Origin: Candidatus Leptovillus affinis | GTDB lineage: Bacteria; Chloroflexota; Anaerolineae; Promineifilales; Promineifilaceae | Reading direction: 5' to 3' | NCBI GenBank assembly: GCA_016705235.1 | Contig: JADIYP010000005.1 | Coordinates: 190,067 to 254,066 of the forward strand | Length of the DNA stretch: 64,000 bases | Shown here: in pieces, positions 43,379 through 53,680 of the stretch | Layout of the letters: every line of letters begins with the position of its first letter | Numbering within the stretch: the first letter of the stretch is position 1 | Program-made: the position numbers and the translations under genes | Notes under the pieces: model-generated | The model's database searches: none | What the model saw: the letters and a program-made list of their open reading frames with translations, nothing else | Told to the model about the DNA's origin: nothing

Positions 43379-46117
43379 ATGCCCACTCCAATTTTAGCCA
43401 CCAAACTCTATATCCCCCCACCTCGTCCCAGCATTGTCCCGCGCCCCCGCCTGATCAATCGGCTGAACACCGGGCTGGCAATGGGTGGCAAACTGACGCT
43501 CATCTCCGCTTCTGCCGGCTTTGGCAAGACCACCCTGGTCGGCGAATGGATTGCCCATTGTGATAAGAAAGTGGCCTGGCTGTCGCTAGATGAAGGGGAC
43601 AGCGATCCGATGCGCTTCATCACTTACCTGGTAACAGCCTTACAGACTGTCAAGGCGGGATTTGGCGAAGGGCTGTTGACGGTACTCCAATCCCCTCAGC
43701 CGCCGCAAGCCGAAACCATTTTGACCACCTTGCTCAACGAAATTTCCGTCATCCCCGATCATTTTCTCCTCATCCTCGATGATTACCACGAGATCGATTC
43801 TCAACCAGTAAACCAATCCCTGACCTTCCTCGTCGAACACCAGCCGCCACAGATGCACCTGGTCATCCTCACCCGTGAAGATCCACCGCTACACCTATCC
43901 CGGTTACGCGCTCGTGGCCAACTGACTGAGTTACGCGCCGCCGATTTGCGTTTCACCCCCGCCGAGGCCGCTGAATTTCTCAACCTGATGATGGGACTAA
44001 ATCTCTCCGTAGAAGACATCGCTGCATTGGAAACTCGTACCGAAGGTTGGATCGCCGGCCTACAATTGGCTGCGCTTTCCATGCAGGGTAACAAGGATGT
44101 CTCCGGGTTCATTCGAGAATTCGCCGGAAACCACCGGTACATTGTGGACTATCTGGTCGAAGAGGTTTTGCAAAATCAGCCCGAACCTATCCGCAGATTC
44201 CTACTCCAAACTGCCATTCTCGACCGGTTGAATGGGTCGCTGTGTGATGCCGTCACCGGCAAAGAGGAAGGTGGCGCACGCTTGGAAGCCTTGCAACGAG
44301 GCAACTTCTTTATCATTCCGCTGGATGACAAGCGCAACTGGTATCGCTATCACCATTTTTTTGCCGATGTTCTTCGGATGCACTTAATGGTGGAGCAACC
44401 GGCTGAGGTCGCTGCCCTACACCAACGAGCGAGCGAGTGGTACGAGCACAATGGTTCACCGGACAATGCGATCCGCCATGCGCTGGCCGCCGAGGATTTC
44501 GTGCGATCTGCGAACCTGATCGAGTTGACCATACCCGCCATGAACATTAGCCGGCAGTTTGCCACGATGCTAGGCTGGCTAAAGGCACTACCCGACGAAC
44601 TTGTCCACGTCAGTCCTGTACTCAGTACTGAGTATGCCTTGGCGGCAATGTCTTGTGGCGAGAACGAGGACGTAGAATCCCGACTGCGGGATGCAGAACG
44701 GTGGTTACATAAGACAGCCGACACACGCGAACAACTGGAATCTCAGGGTGCGGGGATGGTCGTGGTGAACAAAGAGGAATTTCGCCGCGTGCCGGGATTG
44801 ATCGCCCTTATCCGTGCCGGCCAAGCCCTGGCTCGGGGTGATATGCCTGAGACCGTAAAAAACGCTCGGCGGGTACTCGATCTCGCGCCTGAGAATGACT
44901 ATTTGATGCTGGGTGGGGCAGCCTCGCAATTGGGACTCGCCGCGTGGACGAGCGGGGATCTCGACGACGCCCGCCGGATGAGTGCCGATGGCATGGCGAA
45001 TATTCGGCTAGCCGGGTACATCTCTCCCGCCATCGGCGGCGCCATTGTCCTGGCGGATATACAGATTGCGCAAGGCTGTCTTCAGGAGGCAATGACCACC
45101 TATGAGCGGGGATTGCAGTGGGCGACGAAGCCGGGTGCGCCAGTGCTGCAAGGCGCGGCGGATATGCACGTGGGCATGAGTACCCTTCACCGTGAGTTTA
45201 ACGATCTGAAAACTGCCACGCAGCACCTGCATACAAGCCAGACTTTGGGAGAGCTTGCCGGTTTACCGCAAAACCCATATCGTTGGTGTGCGGCGATGGC
45301 CCGCATATGGGAGGCTCAAGGCGATCTGGATGGCGCGCTCGACCTGCTCGACCAGGCCGAGCGTTTATACAATAGTAACTTTTCCCCGAATGTGCGTCCG
45401 ATCGCGACACGGAAGACACGGGTGTGGACAGCCCAGGGCCGGTTGGGCGAAGCTCTGGGTTGGGCACGGCAGCAAGGACTGTCTGTTGAAAACGAACTTC
45501 ACTACCTGCGCGAGTTCGATCACATCACCCTGGTCAGGGTACTGCTGGCCTGTTATCAGCAAGACATCGAAGATATTTCCATTGTTGAAGTAGTGGGCCT
45601 ATTGGAGCGTCTGCTAAAACATGCGGAAGAGGGCAGGAGGAAGGGCAGTGCGATTGAAATTCTGACATTGCAAGCACTTGCTTATCATGCTCAAGGCGAT
45701 CTCGCTGCTGCTCTCTTCTCATTACAGCGTGCGCTTATGCTGGCCGAGCCAGAAGGCTACGTCCGCATGTTCCTTGACGAAGGCTCAAGCATGAGGCAAC
45801 TGCTTCACGAAGCTTCCGTGCGTGAAATCATGCCAGATTACACGGACAAGCTATTGGCAGCATTTGAAGCTGAGAAACAGAAAGGCGGCGACAAACCTTC
45901 TCTACCCCATGCCCAGCCCCTTATTGACCCATTGAGCCAACGCGAGTTAGAAATCCTGAAGTTGATTGCCCAGGGACTCTCCAATCGTGCGATTGGCAAG
46001 CGGCTGTTCCTCGCTCTGGACACAATCAAAGGGCATAACCGCAAAATTTTTGACAAACTGCAAGTCCAAAGCCGTACCGAAGCCATCGCCCGTGCCCGCG
46101 AGCTTGGTTTGTTGTAA
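43379..46117 (+). CDS. MalT/LuxR-family large ATP-dependent transcriptional regulator (copy 1)
   Basis: N-terminal P-loop ISASAGFGKTTLV, a long TPR-like middle, and a C-terminal LuxR HTH LSQRELEILKLIAQGLSNRAIGKRLFLALDTIKGHNRKIFDKLQV. Confidence 0.9.
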   Translation: MPTPILATKLYIPPPRPSIVPRPRLINRLNTGLAMGGKLTLISASAGFGKTTLVGEWIAHCDKKVAWLSLDEGDSDPMRFITYLVTALQTVKAGFGEGLLTVLQSPQPPQAETILTTLLNEISVIPDHFLLILDDYHEIDSQPVNQSLTFLVEHQPPQMHLVILTREDPPLHLSRLRARGQLTELRAADLRFTPAEAAEFLNLMMGLNLSVEDIAALETRTEGWIAGLQLAALSMQGNKDVSGFIREFAGNHRYIVDYLVEEVLQNQPEPIRRFLLQTAILDRLNGSLCDAVTGKEEGGARLEALQRGNFFIIPLDDKRNWYRYHHFFADVLRMHLMVEQPAEVAALHQRASEWYEHNGSPDNAIRHALAAEDFVRSANLIELTIPAMNISRQFATMLGWLKALPDELVHVSPVLSTEYALAAMSCGENEDVESRLRDAERWLHKTADTREQLESQGAGMVVVNKEEFRRVPGLIALIRAGQALARGDMPETVKNARRVLDLAPENDYLMLGGAASQLGLAAWTSGDLDDARRMSADGMANIRLAGYISPAIGGAIVLADIQIAQGCLQEAMTTYERGLQWATKPGAPVLQGAADMHVGMSTLHREFNDLKTATQHLHTSQTLGELAGLPQNPYRWCAAMARIWEAQGDLDGALDLLDQAERLYNSNFSPNVRPIATRKTRVWTAQGRLGEALGWARQQGLSVENELHYLREFDHITLVRVLLACYQQDIEDISIVEVVGLLERLLKHAEEGRRKGSAIEILTLQALAYHAQGDLAAALFSLQRALMLAEPEGYVRMFLDEGSSMRQLLHEASVREIMPDYTDKLLAAFEAEKQKGGDKPSLPHAQPLIDPLSQRELEILKLIAQGLSNRAIGKRLFLALDTIKGHNRKIFDKLQVQSRTEAIARARELGLL

Positions 46118-46294
46118 GACTCAATTTTCCCCAATACTTTCCCTCAATAACCAAAAACAACACCTCTAACCAACACTAAAGTGTCTGTTCGTTAACACTA
46201 TGTGGGGGCTATTATCTTTGTACATTCCCGTACAAAGATCGGGACCATGAGCAAGTGGCATGTGGTGTAACGGCCGTTCCAATACAGGTACAAG

Positions 46295-46558
46295 GTGATG
46301 TCAAACGAACTCAAACCCAAACCAACTCCCAATCAAACCATGATCTATCAGATCAAGATTAAGGGCCATCTAGCTCGTGAATGGACAGACTGGTTTGAGG
46401 GCCTGACCATCACGCTGGAAGAGGACGGCAATACGCTTTTAACCGGTCCTGTACTTGACCAGGCCGCGTTGCATGGTTTGCTCAAAAAAGTACGTGATTT
46501 GGGAATGCCATTGGTCTCTGTCAGCCCAGTCCAATTCGATGAAACTCATCCATATTAA
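46295..46558 (+). CDS. Small conserved hypothetical protein (paralogue of 51563..51802)
   Basis: YQIKIKGHLAREWTDWFEGLTITLEEDGNTLLTGPVLDQAALHGLLKKVRDLGMPLVSV compares with YQIRVEGHLLPQWMDWFDGLTITLEENGDTILTGLVVDQANLHGLLKKVRDLGMPLVSV in the paralogue. Confidence 0.7.
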   Translation: MMSNELKPKPTPNQTMIYQIKIKGHLAREWTDWFEGLTITLEEDGNTLLTGPVLDQAALHGLLKKVRDLGMPLVSVSPVQFDETHPY

Positions 46559-46572
46559 ACGAGGAGATAAAA

Positions 46573-47289
46573 ATGAATTCAATCAATAAGACCGCAAGGA
46601 GAGCAGGGTTTCTATATTTCATTTACATGCTAACTCATATCATAAGTGATGTGTGGCGCGATAGCTTTATTGTGCCTGGGGATACTGCTGCAACAGCCAA
46701 TAACATCATGGCTCATGAAGGGTTGTTCACTATCACTGCTGTAGGTGATCCACTCTCTGCTGCACTTTTCTTTTTAGCCGCCTGGGCTCTCTTTGTTTTA
46801 CTCAAACCGGTTAATAAAAACCTTGCCCTCCTATTTTTGTTATTAAACCTGGCTGGCGCCGTAATCCAGTGTGTGAGTGCAATTAATCTATTTGCTGCTC
46901 TGTTGCTTATGAATGGTCCTGATTACTTGAACGTGTTCCAGGTGGCTCAATTGCAATCTCTGGCAATGTTCTTCCTTGATTTACGCGAAAAAGGGTTTAT
47001 GGTTGCCCAACTATTTTATGGCGCCTGGCTCTTTCCGCTGGGCTACTTAATCTTCAAGTCGGGCTTCCTTCCCAAAATTTTGGGTATCATACTGATGGTT
47101 CATTGTTTTACCTGGTTGTTGACCTTCTTTCAGTCTTTCCTCTTCCCAGGCTTCATGGCCATCACCTATGTAAGCTATCCACTTGGCTTCATTGCGGAAT
47201 TTGGGCTTACTTTGTGGCTCTTGGTCATGGGTGCAAAAGAGCAGAAAACAGCATCAGTTGAATTTAACCACCCATCACAAGGAGAATAA
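46573..47289 (+). CDS. Polytopic membrane protein, DUF4386-like
   Basis: ARRAGFLYFIYMLTHIISD...GDTAATANNIMAHEGLF plus about 6 TM helices. Confidence 0.55.
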   Translation: MNSINKTARRAGFLYFIYMLTHIISDVWRDSFIVPGDTAATANNIMAHEGLFTITAVGDPLSAALFFLAAWALFVLLKPVNKNLALLFLLLNLAGAVIQCVSAINLFAALLLMNGPDYLNVFQVAQLQSLAMFFLDLREKGFMVAQLFYGAWLFPLGYLIFKSGFLPKILGIILMVHCFTWLLTFFQSFLFPGFMAITYVSYPLGFIAEFGLTLWLLVMGAKEQKTASVEFNHPSQGE

Positions 47290-47748
47290 ATGTTAAAAAA
47301 AGGTTCAACACTCCTTTCAATATGGTGCGGCATCAACTTTATCCTTGCCTTTATCATATTATGCTACGTAATCGTTCTCAAACAGAACTCCCCGATTCTG
47401 CAAGTAGCGTCATTTTCAGAGGCTGAAATTGCGGGGCTTAGCGCCAAAGTCATCGCCGCGCTCAATTGTTTTACGATCCTGTACAATTCCTGCGCGCTGA
47501 TGGTTTCCGTGCTAACGTGGCCGCTCATCCGCAAAAACCTGGTCGCCGGCGAAAGATCGGCTTTCTGGATGCTGGCTTTCGTGATTGGTTTTATCGAAGT
47601 GATGGCATTTCTCGCTTCTTCCTACATCGGGCATGGACGCTGGCAGGTGAACGTCCTTCAGAGCATCCTTTACATTGTAGGTATTGGCTTGTGTGCATAT
47701 CCCATGCTCAAGATAAACCACAGACTGCAAGGTCAAACAATAAGATAG
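47290..47748 (+). CDS. Hypothetical membrane protein
   Basis: 152 aa with about 4 TM helices. Its start abuts the upstream stop. Confidence 0.55.
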   Translation: MLKKGSTLLSIWCGINFILAFIILCYVIVLKQNSPILQVASFSEAEIAGLSAKVIAALNCFTILYNSCALMVSVLTWPLIRKNLVAGERSAFWMLAFVIGFIEVMAFLASSYIGHGRWQVNVLQSILYIVGIGLCAYPMLKINHRLQGQTIR

Positions 47749-47763
47749 GAAAAGAGTACAAAC

Positions 47764-48738
47764 ATGAAAGCGATTGTCTGCACGAAATATGGTTCGCCAG
47801 ATGTTCTTCAACTCCAGGAGGTGGAAAACCCTTCTCCGAAAGATGATGAAGTGTTGATCAAAATTCATGCGGCATCCATCAATTCGCGTGACTGGCGCAT
47901 GATGCGAGCAAATCCGTTTTTTATCCGCCTGATGCCGGGAGGCTTTCTTCAACCCAAAAACAAGATACTCGGTGGCGATGTTGCCGGGCGGATCGAGGCG
48001 GTTGGCAGGTACGTCAAGCAATTCAAGCCAGGCGATGAGGTTTTTGGGTACCTGCCCAGTGCAACCGGCCGTGGCACTTTTGCCGAATATGTCTGCGCCA
48101 ATGAAAATGCAATCACACTGAAGCCCGCCAACCTGACATTTGAGCAGGCTGCGGCTGTACCACTAGCGGCGCTGACTGCCTTACAGGGATTACGCGACAA
48201 TGGGCACATCCAATCAGGGCAAAAAGTTTTGATCAATGGCGCCTCTGGTGGTGTGGGAACGTTTGCCGTGCAGATTGCCAAAGCGTTCGGGGCGGAAGTC
48301 ACAGCGGTATGCAGCACAAGGAATCTGGACATGGCGCACTCGATTGGGGCAGACCATACCATCGACTACACCAAAGAAGATTTTACCCGAAATGGTCAAC
48401 AGTATGATCTGATTCTAGCTGTGAATGGGTATCATCCGATTTCAGAGTATCTGCATGCATTAAGCCCTGAGGGAATCTATGTCGTCGCTGGCGGTTCCAT
48501 GTTCCAACTCTTCCAGGCTGCGCTTCAAGGACGGAAAACTTCAAAGACAACCAGGCAGAAAACGTATGTCGTGTCGCTGGTACAAAATCAAAAAGATCTG
48601 GTCTTTATGCAAAACTTACTTGAATCCGGCAAGGTCGTGCCAGTGATCGATGGCTGTTATCCGTTGAGCAAGGCGGCTGAAGCTCTCTGGTATTTTGAGA
48701 AAGAACATGCCCAAGGGAAAGTGATCATCACGGTATGA
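47764..48738 (+). CDS. NAD(P)H-dependent quinone oxidoreductase / zinc-type alcohol dehydrogenase-like (MDR superfamily), copy 1
   Basis: MKAIVCTKYGSPDVLQL...GDEVFGY...VLINGASGGVGTFAVQIAKAFGAEVTAVCS. Confidence 0.85.
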   Translation: MKAIVCTKYGSPDVLQLQEVENPSPKDDEVLIKIHAASINSRDWRMMRANPFFIRLMPGGFLQPKNKILGGDVAGRIEAVGRYVKQFKPGDEVFGYLPSATGRGTFAEYVCANENAITLKPANLTFEQAAAVPLAALTALQGLRDNGHIQSGQKVLINGASGGVGTFAVQIAKAFGAEVTAVCSTRNLDMAHSIGADHTIDYTKEDFTRNGQQYDLILAVNGYHPISEYLHALSPEGIYVVAGGSMFQLFQAALQGRKTSKTTRQKTYVVSLVQNQKDLVFMQNLLESGKVVPVIDGCYPLSKAAEALWYFEKEHAQGKVIITV

Positions 48739-48803
48739 TGCGAAGGGTTTCGATCTTCGTTGGGAGGCTTTTTGAATCGTGAGGCGTGTTTTATAATGGT
48801 CCT

Positions 48804-51488
48804 ATGTCCACTCCGATTTTAGCCACCAAACTGTATATTCCCCCACCCCGTCCCAGCATTGTCCCGCGCCCCCGCCTGATCAATCGGCTGAACACCGGGC
48901 TGGCAATGGGTGGCAAACTGACGCTCATCTCCGCTTCGGCCGGCTTTGGCAAGACCACAATGGTTAGCGAATGGCTTGCCCATTGTGGGAGACCGGTTGC
49001 CTGGCTGTCGCTGGATGAAGGGGACAGCGATCCCACGCGCTTTCTGGTTTACCTCGTTGCAGCATTGCAGACAATTGCGCCAAAGATTGGCGTCAGCGTG
49101 TTGGCGGCACTCCAATCGCCGCAACCACCGCCAACCGAAACGATTCTGATAACCTTGCTCAATGAAATTACCACCATCTCGGACAATTTCATCCTCGTTC
49201 TTGACGACTACCACGTCATTGATTCTAAACCGGTTGACAACGCCCTGACCTTTCTCATTGACCACCAGCCGCAGCAGATGCACCTGGTTATCGCCACCCG
49301 CGAAGACCCATCTCTGTCCCTGCCCCGGTTACGCGCCCGCGGCCAACTGACCGAGATGCGCGCTGCCGACTTACGTTTCACCCCTGCCGAGGCCGCTGAA
49401 TTTCTCAACCAGATGATGGGCCTGAACCTTTCAACGGAAGACATCACCGCACTGGCAACCCGTACCGAAGGTTGGATCGCTGGCCTGCAATTAGCCGCCC
49501 TCTCCATGCAGGGGCGCTCAGATACCGCCAGGTTCATCAAATCTTTCACTGGCAGCCACCATTTCGTACTCGACTATCTGGTCGAAGAAGTTTTGCAACA
49601 GCAGTCCGACCGAATTCAGAATTTTTTGTTGCGCACCTCCATCCTCGACCGCATGTGCGGTCTCCTTTGTGATGCTGTTCTGCTCGACTCTCCTGCAGCC
49701 GGACAAGAGACCCTGGAATATCTCGAACGTGCGAACCTGTTCATTGTCCCTTTGGATAACGAACGGCGTTGGTATCGTTATCACCACTTATTCGGCGATT
49801 TATTGCGCCAGCGTCTCGGCGCTCCCCCGGCGCTCGCCGAGTATCACTGCCGCGCCAGTCAATGGCACGAAGCCAACGGTGACCTATCCGAAGCATTTCA
49901 TCACGCCTTGTCCGCCGCAGATTTCGAGCGGGCAGCACGCCTGGCCGAAGCCGCCTGGCCGGTCGCGGAAGAGTCTTTCCAATCTGCTGCCTGGCTTGTC
50001 TGGGTGAACCAATTGCCCGAAGGAGTCGTCCGCTCGAGGCCAGAGTTGTGTTTCCAGGCCGGCCGGGCGTATTCAGACACCGGGGATCCCAAAACGAGCG
50101 AGATTCACCTGCAAAATGCCGAGCGCGCTCTGGCCGTAGCGCCCGACCAGTCCAGGTTTGCTATCCTGCCGGGTAACATTGCCTTGACCCGCGCTTATAA
50201 CGCCCAGGTACAGGGAAATTTGATGGACGCCGTCAAATTCGCTGAACTGGCACTGCAACTTATTCCCGAGGACGACATCTATCACCGCGCCCAAGCCGTG
50301 ATCACATTGGAATTCACCCACTGGGCAAGCGGCGACTTGGATTCTTCCCTCCATGCCATCCGCGCCTGGATGGCGGATATGCACAAAGTGGGCAACCCGA
50401 TCTTTGTGATTGCCAGCGCCTTTGCCGAAGCTGACTTGCTGGTTGCGTTGGGACGTCTGCACGAAGCCATTCGCGCCTACCAGCAGGCTTTACAGCTTGC
50501 CGCCGAACATGGCGCGGAAGCGCAGCAGATTACCGCTCATCATCACCTGGGACTGGCGCTGATTTATCACGAGTTGGGCGACTCTGAGTCCACGGCCGTG
50601 CATTTGCAAACCGCTGCCGACCTCGGCAAGCACACCACCCTGGTGGACTGGCTCCATCGCTGGAAACTGGCCCAGGCCCGGTTCAAAGAATCGGCCGGGG
50701 AATGGGACGCCGCGCTTGAACTGCTCGACGAAGCCAAACGGAACCACGTCAAAAACCCGGTTCCCATCACCCGCCCGGTCGAAGCGCTCAAAACGCGAAT
50801 CTATCTCAAACAGGAGCGGCTGGACAAAGCGCAAGAGTGGGCACAGGAGTGGGCCCAAGAGTGGGGGAATTCGACCACCAACGAGGTCAGTTACCTCACA
50901 GAGTTTGACCTGCTAACCCTGGCGCGGGTGCGACTGGCGGAGGGTTCTTTTGCCGGGGTGGACGAGTTGCTGGAACGCCTGCGAATCCTGGCGGAAGCGC
51001 AAAAGCGGCAGGGCAGTGTGTTAGAAATCCTGCTCACCGAGGTACTTGCCCATCAGGCGCAAGGTCACGCCCCACAGGCTCTCGCGGCGCTGGAACGCGC
51101 CTTGACCCTGGCGAAACCAGAAGGCTATCGGCGAACGTTTGTGGATGAAGGCGAAGCAATGCGGCTGCTGATTGCAGATTTTCGCTTGACGATTAGCCGA
51201 CAGCCCCATCCACTGCTCACCTACGCCGACAAACTCCTGGCCGCATTTGGCTCGCCGGCCGATTCCTCCACCGCCACTCCCCCATCTCCGCTGCTTGATG
51301 CCCTGACCCCCCGTGAACTCGAAATCTTACGCCTCGTCGCCCAGGGACTTTCCAATACCGAAATCAGCCAGCGGTTATACCTGGCGCTCAGCACGGTCAA
51401 GGGACACAACCTGCGGATTTTTAACAAATTCCAGGCACAGAACCGCACCGAGGCCGTTGCTCGCGCCCGTGAGTTAGGTCTGCTGTAA
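48804..51488 (+). CDS. MalT/LuxR-family large ATP-dependent transcriptional regulator (copy 2)
   Basis: Same architecture as copy 1. The first 50 or so residues are almost identical to copy 1 (MSTPILATKLYIPPPRPSIVPRPRLINRLNTGLAMGGKLTLISASAGFGKTT). The C-terminal LuxR HTH is LTPRELEILRLVAQGLSNTEISQRLYLALSTVKGHNLRIFNKF. Confidence 0.9.
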   Translation: MSTPILATKLYIPPPRPSIVPRPRLINRLNTGLAMGGKLTLISASAGFGKTTMVSEWLAHCGRPVAWLSLDEGDSDPTRFLVYLVAALQTIAPKIGVSVLAALQSPQPPPTETILITLLNEITTISDNFILVLDDYHVIDSKPVDNALTFLIDHQPQQMHLVIATREDPSLSLPRLRARGQLTEMRAADLRFTPAEAAEFLNQMMGLNLSTEDITALATRTEGWIAGLQLAALSMQGRSDTARFIKSFTGSHHFVLDYLVEEVLQQQSDRIQNFLLRTSILDRMCGLLCDAVLLDSPAAGQETLEYLERANLFIVPLDNERRWYRYHHLFGDLLRQRLGAPPALAEYHCRASQWHEANGDLSEAFHHALSAADFERAARLAEAAWPVAEESFQSAAWLVWVNQLPEGVVRSRPELCFQAGRAYSDTGDPKTSEIHLQNAERALAVAPDQSRFAILPGNIALTRAYNAQVQGNLMDAVKFAELALQLIPEDDIYHRAQAVITLEFTHWASGDLDSSLHAIRAWMADMHKVGNPIFVIASAFAEADLLVALGRLHEAIRAYQQALQLAAEHGAEAQQITAHHHLGLALIYHELGDSESTAVHLQTAADLGKHTTLVDWLHRWKLAQARFKESAGEWDAALELLDEAKRNHVKNPVPITRPVEALKTRIYLKQERLDKAQEWAQEWAQEWGNSTTNEVSYLTEFDLLTLARVRLAEGSFAGVDELLERLRILAEAQKRQGSVLEILLTEVLAHQAQGHAPQALAALERALTLAKPEGYRRTFVDEGEAMRLLIADFRLTISRQPHPLLTYADKLLAAFGSPADSSTATPPSPLLDALTPRELEILRLVAQGLSNTEISQRLYLALSTVKGHNLRIFNKFQAQNRTEAVARARELGLL

Positions 51489-51562
51489 TTTTCCAAACAA
51501 TACTGCAAAACAATACTTTAGTTGCTACCGGGCAATACCATCCTGCCGGTATATTTGCGTTC

Positions 51563-51802
51563 ATGAAACCAACGGAAACACATCCCACTGGCTACCAAAT
51601 CCGGGTCGAAGGCCACCTTCTCCCGCAATGGATGGACTGGTTCGACGGCCTGACCATCACGCTAGAAGAGAATGGCGACACGATTCTAACCGGTCTGGTG
51701 GTTGATCAGGCGAATTTGCATGGTTTGCTAAAAAAGGTGCGTGATCTGGGTATGCCTTTGGTTTCGGTTGTTCAAGTCAAATACGCTGAAACGCATCACT
51801 AA
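51563..51802 (+). CDS. Small conserved hypothetical protein (paralogue of 46295..46558)
   Basis: See 46295..46558. Confidence 0.7.
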   Translation: MKPTETHPTGYQIRVEGHLLPQWMDWFDGLTITLEENGDTILTGLVVDQANLHGLLKKVRDLGMPLVSVVQVKYAETHH

Positions 51803-51821
51803 CATTCAAAAATGGAGAAAA

Positions 51822-52232
51822 ATGAATACAAACGTAAATCCTACTAAAAAGATCGACACGAAAGTTCTGCTCTCGACTCTGTGGATCGTTATCATGATCA
51901 ACATGTTGAAAGCGGACATCCTTTCACTGAACATTCCCGGCGCAGCGGAAGAAGTGGCGAAAACCTCAGTTAGCTCAGGCGCATCCATTCCCCAATTGAT
52001 GTTGATCGGCGCGATCATGGGGCAACTCGGTATTGCTATGATCATCCTATCCCGCGTGTTGAAGTACGGAATCAATCGTTGGGCCAATATCGTTGTGAGC
52101 CTCGTCACCATTGCCTATATTTGGGGCGGCGCAGCGTCATATCCCCACTACATTTTCATTGCCACGGTCGAGACCTTTTGCCTGCTGCTCATTATTTGGA
52201 TTGCCTGGAAATGGCGCACTCTCGAAGCCTGA
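51822..52232 (+). CDS. Hypothetical membrane protein
   Basis: MNTNVNPTKKIDTKVLLSTLWIVIMINMLKADIL... with about 4 TM helices. I prefer the ATG at 51822 to the overlapping upstream start in the track. Confidence 0.55.
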   Translation: MNTNVNPTKKIDTKVLLSTLWIVIMINMLKADILSLNIPGAAEEVAKTSVSSGASIPQLMLIGAIMGQLGIAMIILSRVLKYGINRWANIVVSLVTIAYIWGGAASYPHYIFIATVETFCLLLIIWIAWKWRTLEA

Positions 52233-52261
52233 AAAAAACGAATACGAATAGGAGAAAACTC

Positions 52262-53221
52262 ATGAAAGCGATTGTTCAAAACGACTACGGTTCATCCGAT
52301 GTTCTCAAACTGGCTGAGGTTGCCCGGCCGGCGATGAAAGATAACCAGGTATTGGTTCGCGTCAGGGCTGTTTCCATCAATGCCGGAGATGTGTTCGCTG
52401 TGCGGGGCGAGCCTTGGCCGATCCGCTTGGCAGCCGGGTTTCCCAAACCGAAAAATTATGTCCCGGGCCAGGATGTGGCCGGGGTGGTGGAGGCGGTTGG
52501 TTCCAATGTGACGGAGTTCCACCCTGGCGACGAGGTGTATGCCGCTTGCAGTGGCGCGCTTGCCGAATATGCGAGCGTGGCTGAAGATAAATTGGCGCTC
52601 AAACCCGCCAACCTCACGTTCGAGCAAGCCGCAGCCATCCCGACCGGTGCGATTACCGCCCTGAAAGGCTTGCGTGATGTCGGGAAGTTACAACCGGGGC
52701 AGAAGGTGTTGATCAATGGGGCGTCGGGAGGGGTGGGCACGTTTGCCGTGCAAATTGCCAAAGCGCTCGGCGCCGAAGTGACCGGCGTATGCAGCACACG
52801 AAATGTGGACATGGTGCGCTCCCTCGGCGCGGACGACGTTGTGGATTACACCCAGAAGGACTTCACGCAAAACGGCCGTCGCTACGACCTGATCCTGGAC
52901 AATGTCGCCAGCCATTCGTTTTCAGATATGATGCGCGTCCTCACCCCACAGGGCTTGCTCGTTCCCAACAGCGGTCACGGCGGCATGGGCTACGTGTTCA
53001 AGGCGTTTGTGCTCTCGCCATTCCGGCGTCAATTGGGGAGCATGTACCTGGCTGTGCCGAAAGGCGACGACCTGACACAGTTAAAGGAATGGATCGAAAC
53101 CGGGCAGGTCAAGCCGGTCATTGAACGAACCTACCCGCTGTCTGAAGCGCCTGAGGCATTCCGCTATCTGGAAAAAGAACACGCCCGGAGCAAAGTGGTC
53201 ATCACGGTGACAGAATTTTGA
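52262..53221 (+). CDS. NAD(P)H-dependent quinone oxidoreductase-like (MDR superfamily), copy 2
   Basis: MKAIVQNDYGSSDVLKL...GDEVYAA...VLINGASGGVGTFAVQIAKALGAEVTGVCS. The ATG lies at 52262. Confidence 0.85.
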   Translation: MKAIVQNDYGSSDVLKLAEVARPAMKDNQVLVRVRAVSINAGDVFAVRGEPWPIRLAAGFPKPKNYVPGQDVAGVVEAVGSNVTEFHPGDEVYAACSGALAEYASVAEDKLALKPANLTFEQAAAIPTGAITALKGLRDVGKLQPGQKVLINGASGGVGTFAVQIAKALGAEVTGVCSTRNVDMVRSLGADDVVDYTQKDFTQNGRRYDLILDNVASHSFSDMMRVLTPQGLLVPNSGHGGMGYVFKAFVLSPFRRQLGSMYLAVPKGDDLTQLKEWIETGQVKPVIERTYPLSEAPEAFRYLEKEHARSKVVITVTEF

Positions 53222-53680
53222 TGTTGACGCCGATTTTCTGCAGAAATACAGACCGCCCGCCAATTAGCACAATCTTTTTGCGAACTTGTGCGCGAGCGAG
53301 CAGCGGATAAGTTGGATCACTGGTTTGTCCCCAAATAAGTTATATAGGAAATCCATACGCCGCTTCCAGCAGATATTCCAGAGTTAGGATTTGCGAATGA
53401 CGATTACCGATCACCGGCATGAAGCGGTTGGTTGACCGGGATTTTAGCGCTGTGACTGTGGTTCCTTTGATAACAAACACCCTATCGGCTTTTCTATGCC
53501 GTGATAAATATTCCGCGCCTTTCACAGGCTGGTCATGCCAGGCCCATGACCCCCGAATATGACTTTCGGCACATCCAATCGGGCGATTTCCCAGCTATCC
53601 TTCAAGCATATTGATAGCTCTTGCACAGCGGCAAACAATCACTTCGTTGTGCAATATTTAAAGGTTTGGAGGGTTATAAC

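Noticed and set aside
53340-53525. 61-aa minus-strand ORF in the 53222..53680 gap
   Set aside because: It has no RBS, no recognisable motif and no partner gene. It may be a remnant, but it is unsupported.
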